From NCBI GenBank assembly GCA_023256355.1, contig JAGDXJ010000053.1:11957-75956 (forward strand): a DNA stretch of 64,000 nucleotides. Direction: 5' to 3'. Shown one piece after another: positions 30,230 to 38,345 of the stretch. The first letter of the stretch is position 1. Each line of letters begins with the position of its first letter. The notes beneath the pieces are model-generated. The model saw nothing but the letters and a program-made list of their open reading frames with translations. It had not been told where the DNA came from and ran no database searches. This stretch comes from Nitrososphaerales archaeon. Lineage in GTDB: Archaea > Thermoproteota > Nitrososphaeria > Conexivisphaerales > UBA164. Made by a program: the position numbers and the translations under genes.

Positions 30230-30320
30230 TAGTCTTCACCTCGTAAGTTATTATATTCATTTCTTATATTTTAGCTTTTCTTATTATCAAATATAAATAA
30301 GTATTAAGACGCTAAATTTT

Positions 30321-31598
30321 TTAATTAACTGTTATCCATTCAGTGCTTTCTTTATCGAGGTTAAGAAATGCATAGCAACCACAATTTTTTATACTGGGTA
30401 CCCCAACGCTCCAAACCCCCTTGTAAATCAGGTCTATTCTTTCTTTTCCACCTCCTAAGAAAAAGTATTCCGGTACATCTTCAATAATTAACCTATCTGA
30501 AATAGATGGAACAGTTGGTATCGAGCCTACAGTAGGTGCAAGGTGCCTGGTCTTCAGAAGTTTTTTTACTGTATATTGTTCAGGCATCCCAGACGTTTTG
30601 AACATGTAGTACGCGTTATACAATAAAAAGTTTGATCCCTCAATGGTTAAATATGAAGGGTTGCTTAATAACCTGACATTCTGAGAAGAGTAAAGGTCTT
30701 TTGCAATCTTATAGCTAACAGGTTTTTGGGGTAATGCCTTCCCGGTAGAATCAGCATAGCCTGGGATTATAACTTTTAATATCCTTTTTGGCAATACTGA
30801 TAGCAACTCTGAAACCTTTTTATAGCCTTCAAGCGGTGATATGCCATTTTTTATATAAGCTAAAGAGTCAACTACATTCCCAAGGAAAAAGACACCGTCA
30901 GGCTTGATTGCTTTTAAAGAATCAAAGAAGTGTTCTACTTTGTTTGAACCGATCATAAGGTCACTTACCAGTGCTATCTTTCCTTTTATTTTTTTCCTTT
31001 TTACTTCTGGAAATTCAACATCTTCAAAATCTATCACGGAAAAATCTTCCGGGTTAATTTTTAGCGCCACGCATGATCCAGGTACGATTTCATCAAAAAT
31101 CCTTTTAGTAAAAACCTTTAATCTAAATACTCCTTTTCCATCATCAGCAAGTATTTCGTAATTATCGTTACTAATTTTTTGTACTATGAGGGCAAACCCC
31201 CAAGTTTCATCTTTACCTTTGCTTTTTATGTAATTTATATTAAAAAGGGGTATTTTGTTCGGTCTTTTTAGCCAAAGTTCTTTCATTTTTTTAAGCCTGT
31301 CGTTTAGCATTATGTTTAACTCTTCATATGTTGAAACTTGTATGCCATCTGAAAGAGATCTTTCAGTACTTATTATTAAATTTGTTTTGTCTATTTCAAG
31401 GTTTAGCCCAAAACTCTCTATATCTTTAAGAGTTATAGTGAAGTTGTTTGGTTCATATTCTTTTTTCTTTCTAATAGCTTCAATAACCCGTGGTATGAGT
31501 TCAGGTTGATCTTCCAAAACTTTAACTAGATCAGGATGAATCTGAAAACCTTCATTCAACGCCGTTATTATCAAATCTTTTATTTCAATCGATGACAT
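30321..31598 (-). CDS. DNA polymerase D small subunit (DP1)-like protein with degenerate phosphoesterase motifs
   Basis: 425 aa. It has a DP1-like N-terminal helical domain, a central OB-like region and a C-terminal calcineurin/Mre11-like domain that is collinear with DP1 (LLKTRHLAPTVGSIPTVP is conserved). The positions I recall as metal ligands read DLM, GN, GYAD, YN and GGGK where canonical DP1 has DxH, GD, GNHD, HG and GHxH. Confidence 0.7.
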   Translation of the reverse strand: MSSIEIKDLIITALNEGFQIHPDLVKVLEDQPELIPRVIEAIRKKKEYEPNNFTITLKDIESFGLNLEIDKTNLIISTERSLSDGIQVSTYEELNIMLNDRLKKMKELWLKRPNKIPLFNINYIKSKGKDETWGFALIVQKISNDNYEILADDGKGVFRLKVFTKRIFDEIVPGSCVALKINPEDFSVIDFEDVEFPEVKRKKIKGKIALVSDLMIGSNKVEHFFDSLKAIKPDGVFFLGNVVDSLAYIKNGISPLEGYKKVSELLSVLPKRILKVIIPGYADSTGKALPQKPVSYKIAKDLYSSQNVRLLSNPSYLTIEGSNFLLYNAYYMFKTSGMPEQYTVKKLLKTRHLAPTVGSIPTVPSISDRLIIEDVPEYFFLGGGKERIDLIYKGVWSVGVPSIKNCGCYAFLNLDKESTEWITVN

Positions 31599-31646
31599 AT
31601 GCCGTAGATATTAACGCTTAAATATTTTAATATTTAAGTTAAGGCA

Positions 31647-32651
31647 ATGAGCGTAAGGTTAGCTCTTTATATGCAGGACAAACACCCTATAAGGGACGAA
31701 ATAGAATATTCGAAATATGCAGAACAAAACGGTTTTGAAGCTGTATGGTTTGCTGAATCGAGGCTTGCAAGGGATGCAATAGTTCCCATGGCTGCTGTAG
31801 CTGCGAATACACAAAAGATTAAAGTAGCCAGCGGTGTTGTAAACAACTGGACGAGGAACGTCGGTCTTATGGCTGCAACTTTTAATACGCTTTACGAGTT
31901 AGCGCCTGAAAGAGTTATCCTGGGAATTGGCGCATGGTGGGAACCCTTGGCGTCAAAGGTTGGCGTCAAGAGGGAAAAACCTCTTAAAGCCATGAGGGAA
32001 TACGTAACTGTTCTTAAGAAGCTGTTTAACATGGAACGCGTTACGTACCATGGCGAGTTTGTTAACGTATCAGATATAGAGCTTGATGTTGTATACGGTC
32101 CAAGGACGCCCAGAAATGTTCCCATATATATAGGAGCAACAGGCTTCGATATGCTTGAGCTGGCTGGAGAGATAGGGGACGGTATCTTGCTGAATTATCT
32201 TGTTTCCCCCGAGTATAACAGAAAAGCAATTGAAAGCATAAAGAAAGGAGCCCAGAAAGCAAAAAGAAAGCTTGAAGAAATAGACAGGCCGCAGCTAGTA
32301 GTTGTATCGATGGATCTTGATGAAGATAAAGCAATAGATAGAGCAAAAACCCTTGTTTCTATGTATCTTGGACAACAGCCCCACATAATGAAGGCAAGCG
32401 GTGTTCCAGAAAGCCTAATAGAGGACGTTAAAAAGGCACTAGGAGGATGGCCTGCAGAGCCAGGAGGGCTTGAGAGGGCAAAAGCTATAATACCTGATAA
32501 TATTGTTAAAATGCTGACAGCTACTGGCACTCCAGATCAAGTTAGAAAAAAAGTACGTGAATACATAGACTCAGGAGCTACATGCCCAGTCATGTATCCT
32601 CTTGGCGACGACGTAAAAATGATGATAAGGGAAATGGCAAAAGGTTATTAA
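31647..32651 (+). CDS. LLM-class (luciferase-like) F420/flavin-dependent oxidoreductase
   Basis: 334 aa. The TIM-barrel LLM pattern ([23 protein letters not shown]) is Mer-like. Confidence 0.65.
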   Translation: MSVRLALYMQDKHPIRDEIEYSKYAEQNGFEAVWFAESRLARDAIVPMAAVAANTQKIKVASGVVNNWTRNVGLMAATFNTLYELAPERVILGIGAWWEPLASKVGVKREKPLKAMREYVTVLKKLFNMERVTYHGEFVNVSDIELDVVYGPRTPRNVPIYIGATGFDMLELAGEIGDGILLNYLVSPEYNRKAIESIKKGAQKAKRKLEEIDRPQLVVVSMDLDEDKAIDRAKTLVSMYLGQQPHIMKASGVPESLIEDVKKALGGWPAEPGGLERAKAIIPDNIVKMLTATGTPDQVRKKVREYIDSGATCPVMYPLGDDVKMMIREMAKGY

Positions 32652-32697
32652 AATATAAAGATAGACTAATATTCAACTTTTTTATTTCATTTGTTAA

Positions 32698-32970
32698 ATG
32701 AAAAAGTCTGACGTTATAATACTTTTGGGATTTATATTTATACTAGTTGGTTTTGTAACTTTTGTTTTTGCTGGCATGCTTTATGCTTCTAACCAATCAT
32801 CAGGATACGCTTTCTCATTTTTCATTTTTCCGTTTCCAGTTATATTTATTGGGGGAAAACCGGCATACCTTGTGTCGGTAACTACAGAAATTATGTTTAT
32901 AATATTCATCATCTTTTTCATAATATATGTTTTATACATGATATCGGCTATAAGAGAGCTAAAAAAATAA
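32698..32970 (+). CDS. Small integral membrane protein (DUF131-like)
   Basis: 90 aa with two or three hydrophobic segments. No further assignment is possible. Confidence 0.45.
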   Translation: MKKSDVIILLGFIFILVGFVTFVFAGMLYASNQSSGYAFSFFIFPFPVIFIGGKPAYLVSVTTEIMFIIFIIFFIIYVLYMISAIRELKK

Positions 32971-33019
32971 ACTGTTTGCGATTTTAGTATAAAAGTTTTA
33001 AAAAATCTTATAAGCATCA

Positions 33020-33625
33020 ATGTCTTTTTTAAATTTGATGATAGAAGTAGGTAAACCCGCTCCAGATTTTACTGCAAAAGCGTTCTTTCCTAGCGAGAAA
33101 AAAATAAGGCAGCTAAAGCTGAGTGATTATAAAGGGAAATGGGTAGTTCTGACTTTCCATCCAGGAGATTTTACTTTTGTATGCGCTACCGATCTTGAAG
33201 CGTTTCAGGCGTATTACGACAAATTCAAAGCGCTTAACACTGAAATTTTGGCGATAAGCGAGGATTCCATATACTCTCACAAGGTTTGGTGGGAAACGAG
33301 TCCAAGGGTAAAGAAGGTTATGTATCCTCTTGTAGAGGACATACGTAAAGACATAGCCACAGTTTATGGTTTTCTGAATACTGACACAGGAATGACGAAA
33401 AGAGGTACAGTTATAATAGACCCTGATGGAACAGTTCAATACATATCAGTCTTTAACGATAGACTAGGGAAAGATGTAAGACACGTACTTAACGCTTTGA
33501 AAGGATTAAAGTACATATATGAACACCCAGCAAAGCCTGAAGAGTTTGATATAATTCCTGCTAACTGGGAGGAAGGACAGCCGGTAATAAAAATCAGAGT
33601 ACCGGACGACATAGGAAAACTGTAA
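33020..33625 (+). CDS. Peroxiredoxin (AhpC/Prx1-type, single Cys)
   Basis: 201 aa with FHPGDFTFVCATD (peroxidatic Cys). There is no second Cys, and the usual C-terminal VCPANW reads IIPANW. Confidence 0.8.
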   Translation: MSFLNLMIEVGKPAPDFTAKAFFPSEKKIRQLKLSDYKGKWVVLTFHPGDFTFVCATDLEAFQAYYDKFKALNTEILAISEDSIYSHKVWWETSPRVKKVMYPLVEDIRKDIATVYGFLNTDTGMTKRGTVIIDPDGTVQYISVFNDRLGKDVRHVLNALKGLKYIYEHPAKPEEFDIIPANWEEGQPVIKIRVPDDIGKL

Positions 33626-33667
33626 ATTTATTTTTAAATATCTTTTTTTATTTATTTATAGCTCACA

Positions 33668-34726
33668 ATGCTATGGTTAATATATACTACTGGGGAGTGT
33701 AATCTTAAATGTTCGTACTGTGGTGGATCTTTTGACCCCAATGTGGTTCCTTGGAGCGTCAAGTATGATCTGAAAGCGCTTAAAGAAAAAATAGAATCTG
33801 ATCCAGAAGCTGTTATAATATTTTATGGAGGAGAACCCTTGCTTAATTCAAGTTTTATAATGAACGTGATGGATAGAATCAACGCTAAAAGGTTTGGCGT
33901 TCAAACAAACGGGATCAATATCCAAAATCTTCCACAAAGCTATTGGAAAAACATGAGCGTAGTCCTGCTTTCTATAGATGGAAAAAAACAGACTACGGAT
34001 AGGTTTAGAGGAAGGGGAACTTACGATACTGTTTTGAAAAACTTTAAGATGCTGAATTCGATCGGGATAGAAAAAATTATAGCTAGAATGACGGTGACCC
34101 AGTATACCGATATATATGAAGATGTTATGCACCTTTTTTCTATAGGCTTTAAGTACGTTCACTGGCAGCTTAACGCCGTATGGAGCAAAAGATGGAACAT
34201 AAAGAGCTGGGCTGAAAGTTCTTATATACCGGGCATAAAAAGGCTCAGAAAAAAATTTTTGAACGATGCTTCGAAAGGTAAAGTTTTGGGCATCATTCCT
34301 TTTTTAGGCATACTTTCAGCACATTATTTTGAAGGCTATAAAGGTCCGCCATGTGGCGCAGGCTACAGATCGGTTTCAATAACAACAGATGGTAGGGTAC
34401 TTGCCTGCCCTATAGCAGTTTTTGAAAAATGGGCCGAACTGGGAAGCATTAATAAAGGGTTTTTACTAAAAGAAATAGAAATTCCGGCAATGTGTAAAAC
34501 ATGCAAATACTTTAGATACTGTGGAGGTAGATGTTTGTACTCTTTAATGGAAGGCAAAAATCTATGGCAATCGCTTTATTATGATCTTGATGAAATTACA
34601 AGAAAAACTATAGAAGAAGTTATTTATATGACAAAGTATTTAGATCGTTACATAAAAAGCGGGATTTTAAACAAGGATTTATTTAAATACGATCCAACGC
34701 TGGATTCCACTGAAGTCATACCCTAA
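33668..34726 (+). CDS. Radical SAM / SPASM-domain enzyme (archaeal putative peptide- or protein-modifying family)
   Basis: 352 aa. CNLKCSYCGG is at residues 11-18. The C-terminal auxiliary-cluster region reads PPCGAG...ACP...CKTCKYFRYCGGRC. Confidence 0.7.
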   Translation: MLWLIYTTGECNLKCSYCGGSFDPNVVPWSVKYDLKALKEKIESDPEAVIIFYGGEPLLNSSFIMNVMDRINAKRFGVQTNGINIQNLPQSYWKNMSVVLLSIDGKKQTTDRFRGRGTYDTVLKNFKMLNSIGIEKIIARMTVTQYTDIYEDVMHLFSIGFKYVHWQLNAVWSKRWNIKSWAESSYIPGIKRLRKKFLNDASKGKVLGIIPFLGILSAHYFEGYKGPPCGAGYRSVSITTDGRVLACPIAVFEKWAELGSINKGFLLKEIEIPAMCKTCKYFRYCGGRCLYSLMEGKNLWQSLYYDLDEITRKTIEEVIYMTKYLDRYIKSGILNKDLFKYDPTLDSTEVIP

Positions 34727-35646
34727 CCATATAGAACCCCTTGTATCAAAAACGGTAAAATGACGGTTGCATCACCGTGTATTGTCACATGTTTTCCACG
34801 AGGTTTTATTTTTCCCCATGATATTGCCTCCTTTGTAAGCGCGCCGCTAAGGCTTCCATCGTATTCGTAGGCAGTTGTAACGTAAACTGCTATCTCAAGT
34901 CCATCCCTAAATTGTGACCACCATATTGCATGATGCTTTGAGATTCCTCCGCCAATTATAAGTGCCCCTAGCTTTTTATGAGAATATATAAAATCAGAGA
35001 TAAGCTGTTCATCCTCAAGAACATCTATCAAAAAATCCCTATGTGATTGCTTATAAAGCCAAAGTTGATAGCCAACAGCTCCGTCAGTTATCCCTGGCAC
35101 TACTACAGGTATCTGATTTTTAAAAGCCCAATAGAGAAAGGAGGACTCGTTATTTATCATCTTTCCTATATCCCATACAAGTTTGTAAGTTGAAGTTTTT
35201 TTGGTTTGAGAATATTCTGAGTTCAAAAGCTCTTGCATCTTTTTTTCTATTAACGGGCCATAATTTTCTAAGGGGATAAATACATTTCCTAGCCTATGTA
35301 TTCCCATTTTTCTTAGTTTTACATCGTCTTCAAAATATGAACCTTTATAGTAATCTGAAAAGCTTCTAGCTATATCATGATCTAGTGCTCCACAGGTTGT
35401 TATTATAAGGTCAAATTTTTTTAATTTTATTAGCTGCGTTATCACCCCTCTAAGTCCAGTCGCTATTATATCAGCCGGGAACGTCAAGATTTTTCCATAA
35501 TCTCCTTTAAAAAGTTCTTTTAGATAGTCCAAAGCTTCACCCATCTCTCTACCTGAGAATCCTCCTGCTCTGGACATCTTTTCCAGCAAACTGAACGGAA
35601 CGTCGTTTTTTTCAAGAACTATATCTTTAACAGGTTCCCTTTGCAT
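34723..35646 (-). CDS. dys: Deoxyhypusine synthase
   Basis: 307 aa. The pattern of the DHS family is present (GFSGREMGEA, TTCGALDHD, GGGISKHH). Confidence 0.85.
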   Translation of the reverse strand: MQREPVKDIVLEKNDVPFSLLEKMSRAGGFSGREMGEALDYLKELFKGDYGKILTFPADIIATGLRGVITQLIKLKKFDLIITTCGALDHDIARSFSDYYKGSYFEDDVKLRKMGIHRLGNVFIPLENYGPLIEKKMQELLNSEYSQTKKTSTYKLVWDIGKMINNESSFLYWAFKNQIPVVVPGITDGAVGYQLWLYKQSHRDFLIDVLEDEQLISDFIYSHKKLGALIIGGGISKHHAIWWSQFRDGLEIAVYVTTAYEYDGSLSGALTKEAISWGKIKPRGKHVTIHGDATVILPFLIQGVLYG

Positions 35647-35818
35647 ATGATAACTTTGCTAATTATTTACATATTAATGTAACGTTTGTTATGATTTTTA
35701 TAGATTTTCACGCTTTGGTAAATTATGTATTACATAGTAAAAGGCTTAGATAAAGTAAAAGAATTTACAATTGGAAATCTCTAAAAAGTTTATAAACGAC
35801 AACCATATGAGCGTTATT

Positions 35819-35986
35819 ATGCCTATAGCTGATCCAGTTAAAAGGCAGATAGCAGTTCAAAGAAAGTTGATGCATAAAATATGTATGAAGTGCGGAGCTA
35901 AAAATCCAATTTCTGCAGTAAGATGCAGAAAGTGTGGGAGTAAAGCTCTAAGGCTTCAGAACAGAGAATTAGGAGCTAAGAAGTAA
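35819..35986 (+). CDS. rpl40e: 50S ribosomal protein L40e
   Basis: The internal start gives MPIADPVKRQIAVQRKLMHKICMKCGAKNPISAVRCRKCGSKALRLQ, which is the L40e Zn-ribbon pattern. Confidence 0.85.
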   Translation: MPIADPVKRQIAVQRKLMHKICMKCGAKNPISAVRCRKCGSKALRLQNRELGAKK

Positions 35987-35994
35987 AGTGCTAA

Positions 35995-36069
35995 GGGCCG
36001 GTGGTGTAGCTTGGTCAGCACACCGCCTTGACGCGGCGGAGGTCGCCGGTTCGAATCCGGCCCGGCCCA
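35995..36069 (+). tRNA. tRNA-Val (anticodon GAC)
   Basis: gggccggtggtgtagcttggtcagcacaccgccttgacgcggcggaggtcgccggttcgaatccggcccggccca folds into a cloverleaf. The anticodon loop is ttgacgc (GAC). No CCA is encoded. Confidence 0.9.
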
Positions 36070-36071
36070 CT

Positions 36072-38030
36072 TTAATAATAGCGGAGAAAAACGATGCTGC
36101 AAAAAGAATAGCGTTTGCCCTTGATCGTTCTTATAAAAAGCTTTCCTTTGATGGAATCCCAGTTTATACAGGTTTATGGAATTCTATAAAGATTTATGTA
36201 ATACCAGCAAGGGGACATCTTTATACTTTAAAAACAGACGTCGGAGACCTGAGTCTATTTCCTGTCTTAGACGTTGAATGGGTTCCAGTAGCAGATGACA
36301 AGTACGTTACAAAACTTTTGGATGTAATAAAAAAGTTCATCAAAGAAGCATCAGAAATTATTATAGCGTGTGACTATGACATTGAAGGTGAAACCATAGG
36401 ATATAACATAGTAAAGTATAACGGAGGTTTTGAAAAGATCGTTAAAAGGGCTAAGTTTTCGACATTAACGGTAGAAGAGTTAAAGCAAAGCTTTAACAGT
36501 CTTTTGACGCGAGAAAAATGGCTTATGGCCGATGCAGGGAGAACAAGACACTATATTGATTTTATATGGGGTATAAGCCTTTCCCGCCTTTTAATGAATG
36601 AAGTAAGGCAGGGCACAGGTAAAAGATTAAGTCTGAGCATAGGCAGGGTACAGGGTCCTACTTTGATTGAAATTTATAACAGGGAATCAGAAATAAATTC
36701 ATATGTACCAAAACCATACTGGAAGTTTAAAGCCATAGGCGAACTTAGGGGTCAAGAATTTGAACTTTCAGGCCCAAGCTTAAAAAGCGTGGATGAAGTT
36801 GAAAGAGCAAAAAAATTAAAGGGAAAATATGGGAAAGTTGTATTTTTTGATAAAGATATCGAAGAAATCAAACCTCCTTACCCTTTTAATCTCTCAGACC
36901 TACAAAAAGAAGCGTACAGACTTTTTGGAATTCAACCTTGGGAATCGCTTTCAATTTTGGAGAAATTGTATCTAAGGGCTCTTATATCTTATCCTAGAAC
37001 GAGTTCTCAGAAATTGCCACCTACAATAAATTACAGATCTATACTTTCAAAACTCGGGCAAAGATATAAAGAAGCAGGAAACGTCTCAAGGCCTCATCCT
37101 GTAGAGGGACCAATAGATGACCCCGCGCATCCTGCAATATACCCAACAGGTGAACTGCAACCTTTGACAGGCAGCGAGTATAAGCTTTATGATCTTGTTG
37201 CAAGAAGATTCATAAGTTCTTTTTACAGGAACGTTAGAGTTGCAAAAAAGTACATGAAAGTCAAAGCAGATGGTTTTGACTTAGAAGCTGATGGAGCTGC
37301 CGTGATCGATAAGGGATGGCTGGAAGTTTATCCTTTCAGGGAAATAAGGGAGAAAAGCATACCGGATGCTGCTGTTGGTGAAGAAGTCCTGATAAAAGAT
37401 GTTAATGTAGAACTAACTTTTACTAAACCTCCTTCAAGGTACACCCCATCTAGTCTCCTAGAATGGATGGAGACTAACGAAATAGGTACAAAGGCTACAC
37501 GGGCTGACATTATAAAAACGCTCTACAAAAGAGGATACATAAGGGGCAACAGGATAGAAATAACAGAGTTAGGATTTAGCGTAGCTAGATACTTTAGTTT
37601 TTCTCAAATAATAACTCTCGAGATGACAAGAAAGCTTGAGAAATCTTTGGAGAACATTGAATTTGGAAAAACTTATCCCGGTGAGATACTTAACGAGAGC
37701 GCAAGGTTTCTAATAGAAGAATTAAAAAATGCTAAATACTCAGAAGAGATGGTGGAACTTACAAAAAAGTACTTAGCCGCTGGAACCGGCCAATCATTGG
37801 GAAAATGTCCAGTATGCGGCAAAGGAGATTTGGTACTGCATATATCGCAGGCAGGGAAGAGATATTTAAAATGCAATGTATGCGGAGCATCGGCTCCGCT
37901 TCCAAGAAAAGGAAAGCTCGTATCTGCAAAGAAAAGCTGTAGCTATTGCGGATGGCCATTAATAAAAAGAGGTGGTTGGGTGTTTTGTCCAAATCCGAAT
38001 TGCCCAAGCAGCAAGCTAAAAAATGCCTAG
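36072..38030 (+). CDS. topA: DNA topoisomerase type IA (Topo III-like) with C-terminal Zn ribbons; start codon unresolved
   Basis: The TOPRIM domain LIIAEKNDAAKRIA begins 3 nt after the tRNA. SIGRVQGPTL and ISYPRTSS (catalytic Tyr) are present, with C-terminal CPVCG...CNVCG, CSYCG...CPNPNC. The only in-frame ATG/GTG/TTG upstream of the TOPRIM Glu is GTG at 35988, before the tRNA. Confidence 0.8.
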   Translation, partial: LIIAEKNDAAKRIAFALDRSYKKLSFDGIPVYTGLWNSIKIYVIPARGHLYTLKTDVGDLSLFPVLDVEWVPVADDKYVTKLLDVIKKFIKEASEIIIACDYDIEGETIGYNIVKYNGGFEKIVKRAKFSTLTVEELKQSFNSLLTREKWLMADAGRTRHYIDFIWGISLSRLLMNEVRQGTGKRLSLSIGRVQGPTLIEIYNRESEINSYVPKPYWKFKAIGELRGQEFELSGPSLKSVDEVERAKKLKGKYGKVVFFDKDIEEIKPPYPFNLSDLQKEAYRLFGIQPWESLSILEKLYLRALISYPRTSSQKLPPTINYRSILSKLGQRYKEAGNVSRPHPVEGPIDDPAHPAIYPTGELQPLTGSEYKLYDLVARRFISSFYRNVRVAKKYMKVKADGFDLEADGAAVIDKGWLEVYPFREIREKSIPDAAVGEEVLIKDVNVELTFTKPPSRYTPSSLLEWMETNEIGTKATRADIIKTLYKRGYIRGNRIEITELGFSVARYFSFSQIITLEMTRKLEKSLENIEFGKTYPGEILNESARFLIEELKNAKYSEEMVELTKKYLAAGTGQSLGKCPVCGKGDLVLHISQAGKRYLKCNVCGASAPLPRKGKLVSAKKSCSYCGWPLIKRGGWVFCPNPNCPSSKLKNA

Positions 38031-38254
38031 TTTGTGGATCTTATTCTGAAGAAGGGTTACTGTGTTTTAAACACAGAACAGCTGCAAAGAGTCTAACTGA
38101 AGGTTATAAATACTGGAAGGAAGCTTTTAACATATCTTTTAATGAATATTTAAAAGAAGTAAGAAAAAGGTCTGAAACGGGAACCTGGGTTAAAGAGATA
38201 ATTGATTATGTTATCACTTCTAACGATTTTAATATACTTTTAGAGACCGGTTAA
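37946..38254 (+). CDS. Hypothetical Cys/His-containing protein overlapping the topoisomerase 3' end
   Basis: A 102-aa ORF in a different frame from topA. The core is KKCLVCGS...LLCFKHR followed by a helical region. An internal TTG after the SD-like gaggtgg is an alternative start. Confidence 0.4.
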   Translation: MRMAINKKRWLGVLSKSELPKQQAKKCLVCGSYSEEGLLCFKHRTAAKSLTEGYKYWKEAFNISFNEYLKEVRKRSETGTWVKEIIDYVITSNDFNILLETG

Positions 38255-38345
38255 CCTATTTATAAATCTACCATACATCAATAAAAATTTATTATAATTT
38301 ATAAATATAAAGTTTATATTTGAGCTTATTTTTATTTATTCTGAT

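Noticed and set aside
33020-33625. Peroxiredoxin lacking the resolving Cys (IIPANW instead of VCPANW) as a possible anomaly
   Set aside because: 1-Cys variants of this family are common, so it is not unusual enough to flag.
35988-36071. Treating the 27 codons upstream of LIIAEK as an ordinary N-terminal extension of the topoisomerase
   Set aside because: The segment is a complete, well-folding tRNA-Val gene, and its open frame is expected by chance in GC-rich sequence. I keep it as an open question in the findings rather than as a feature call.
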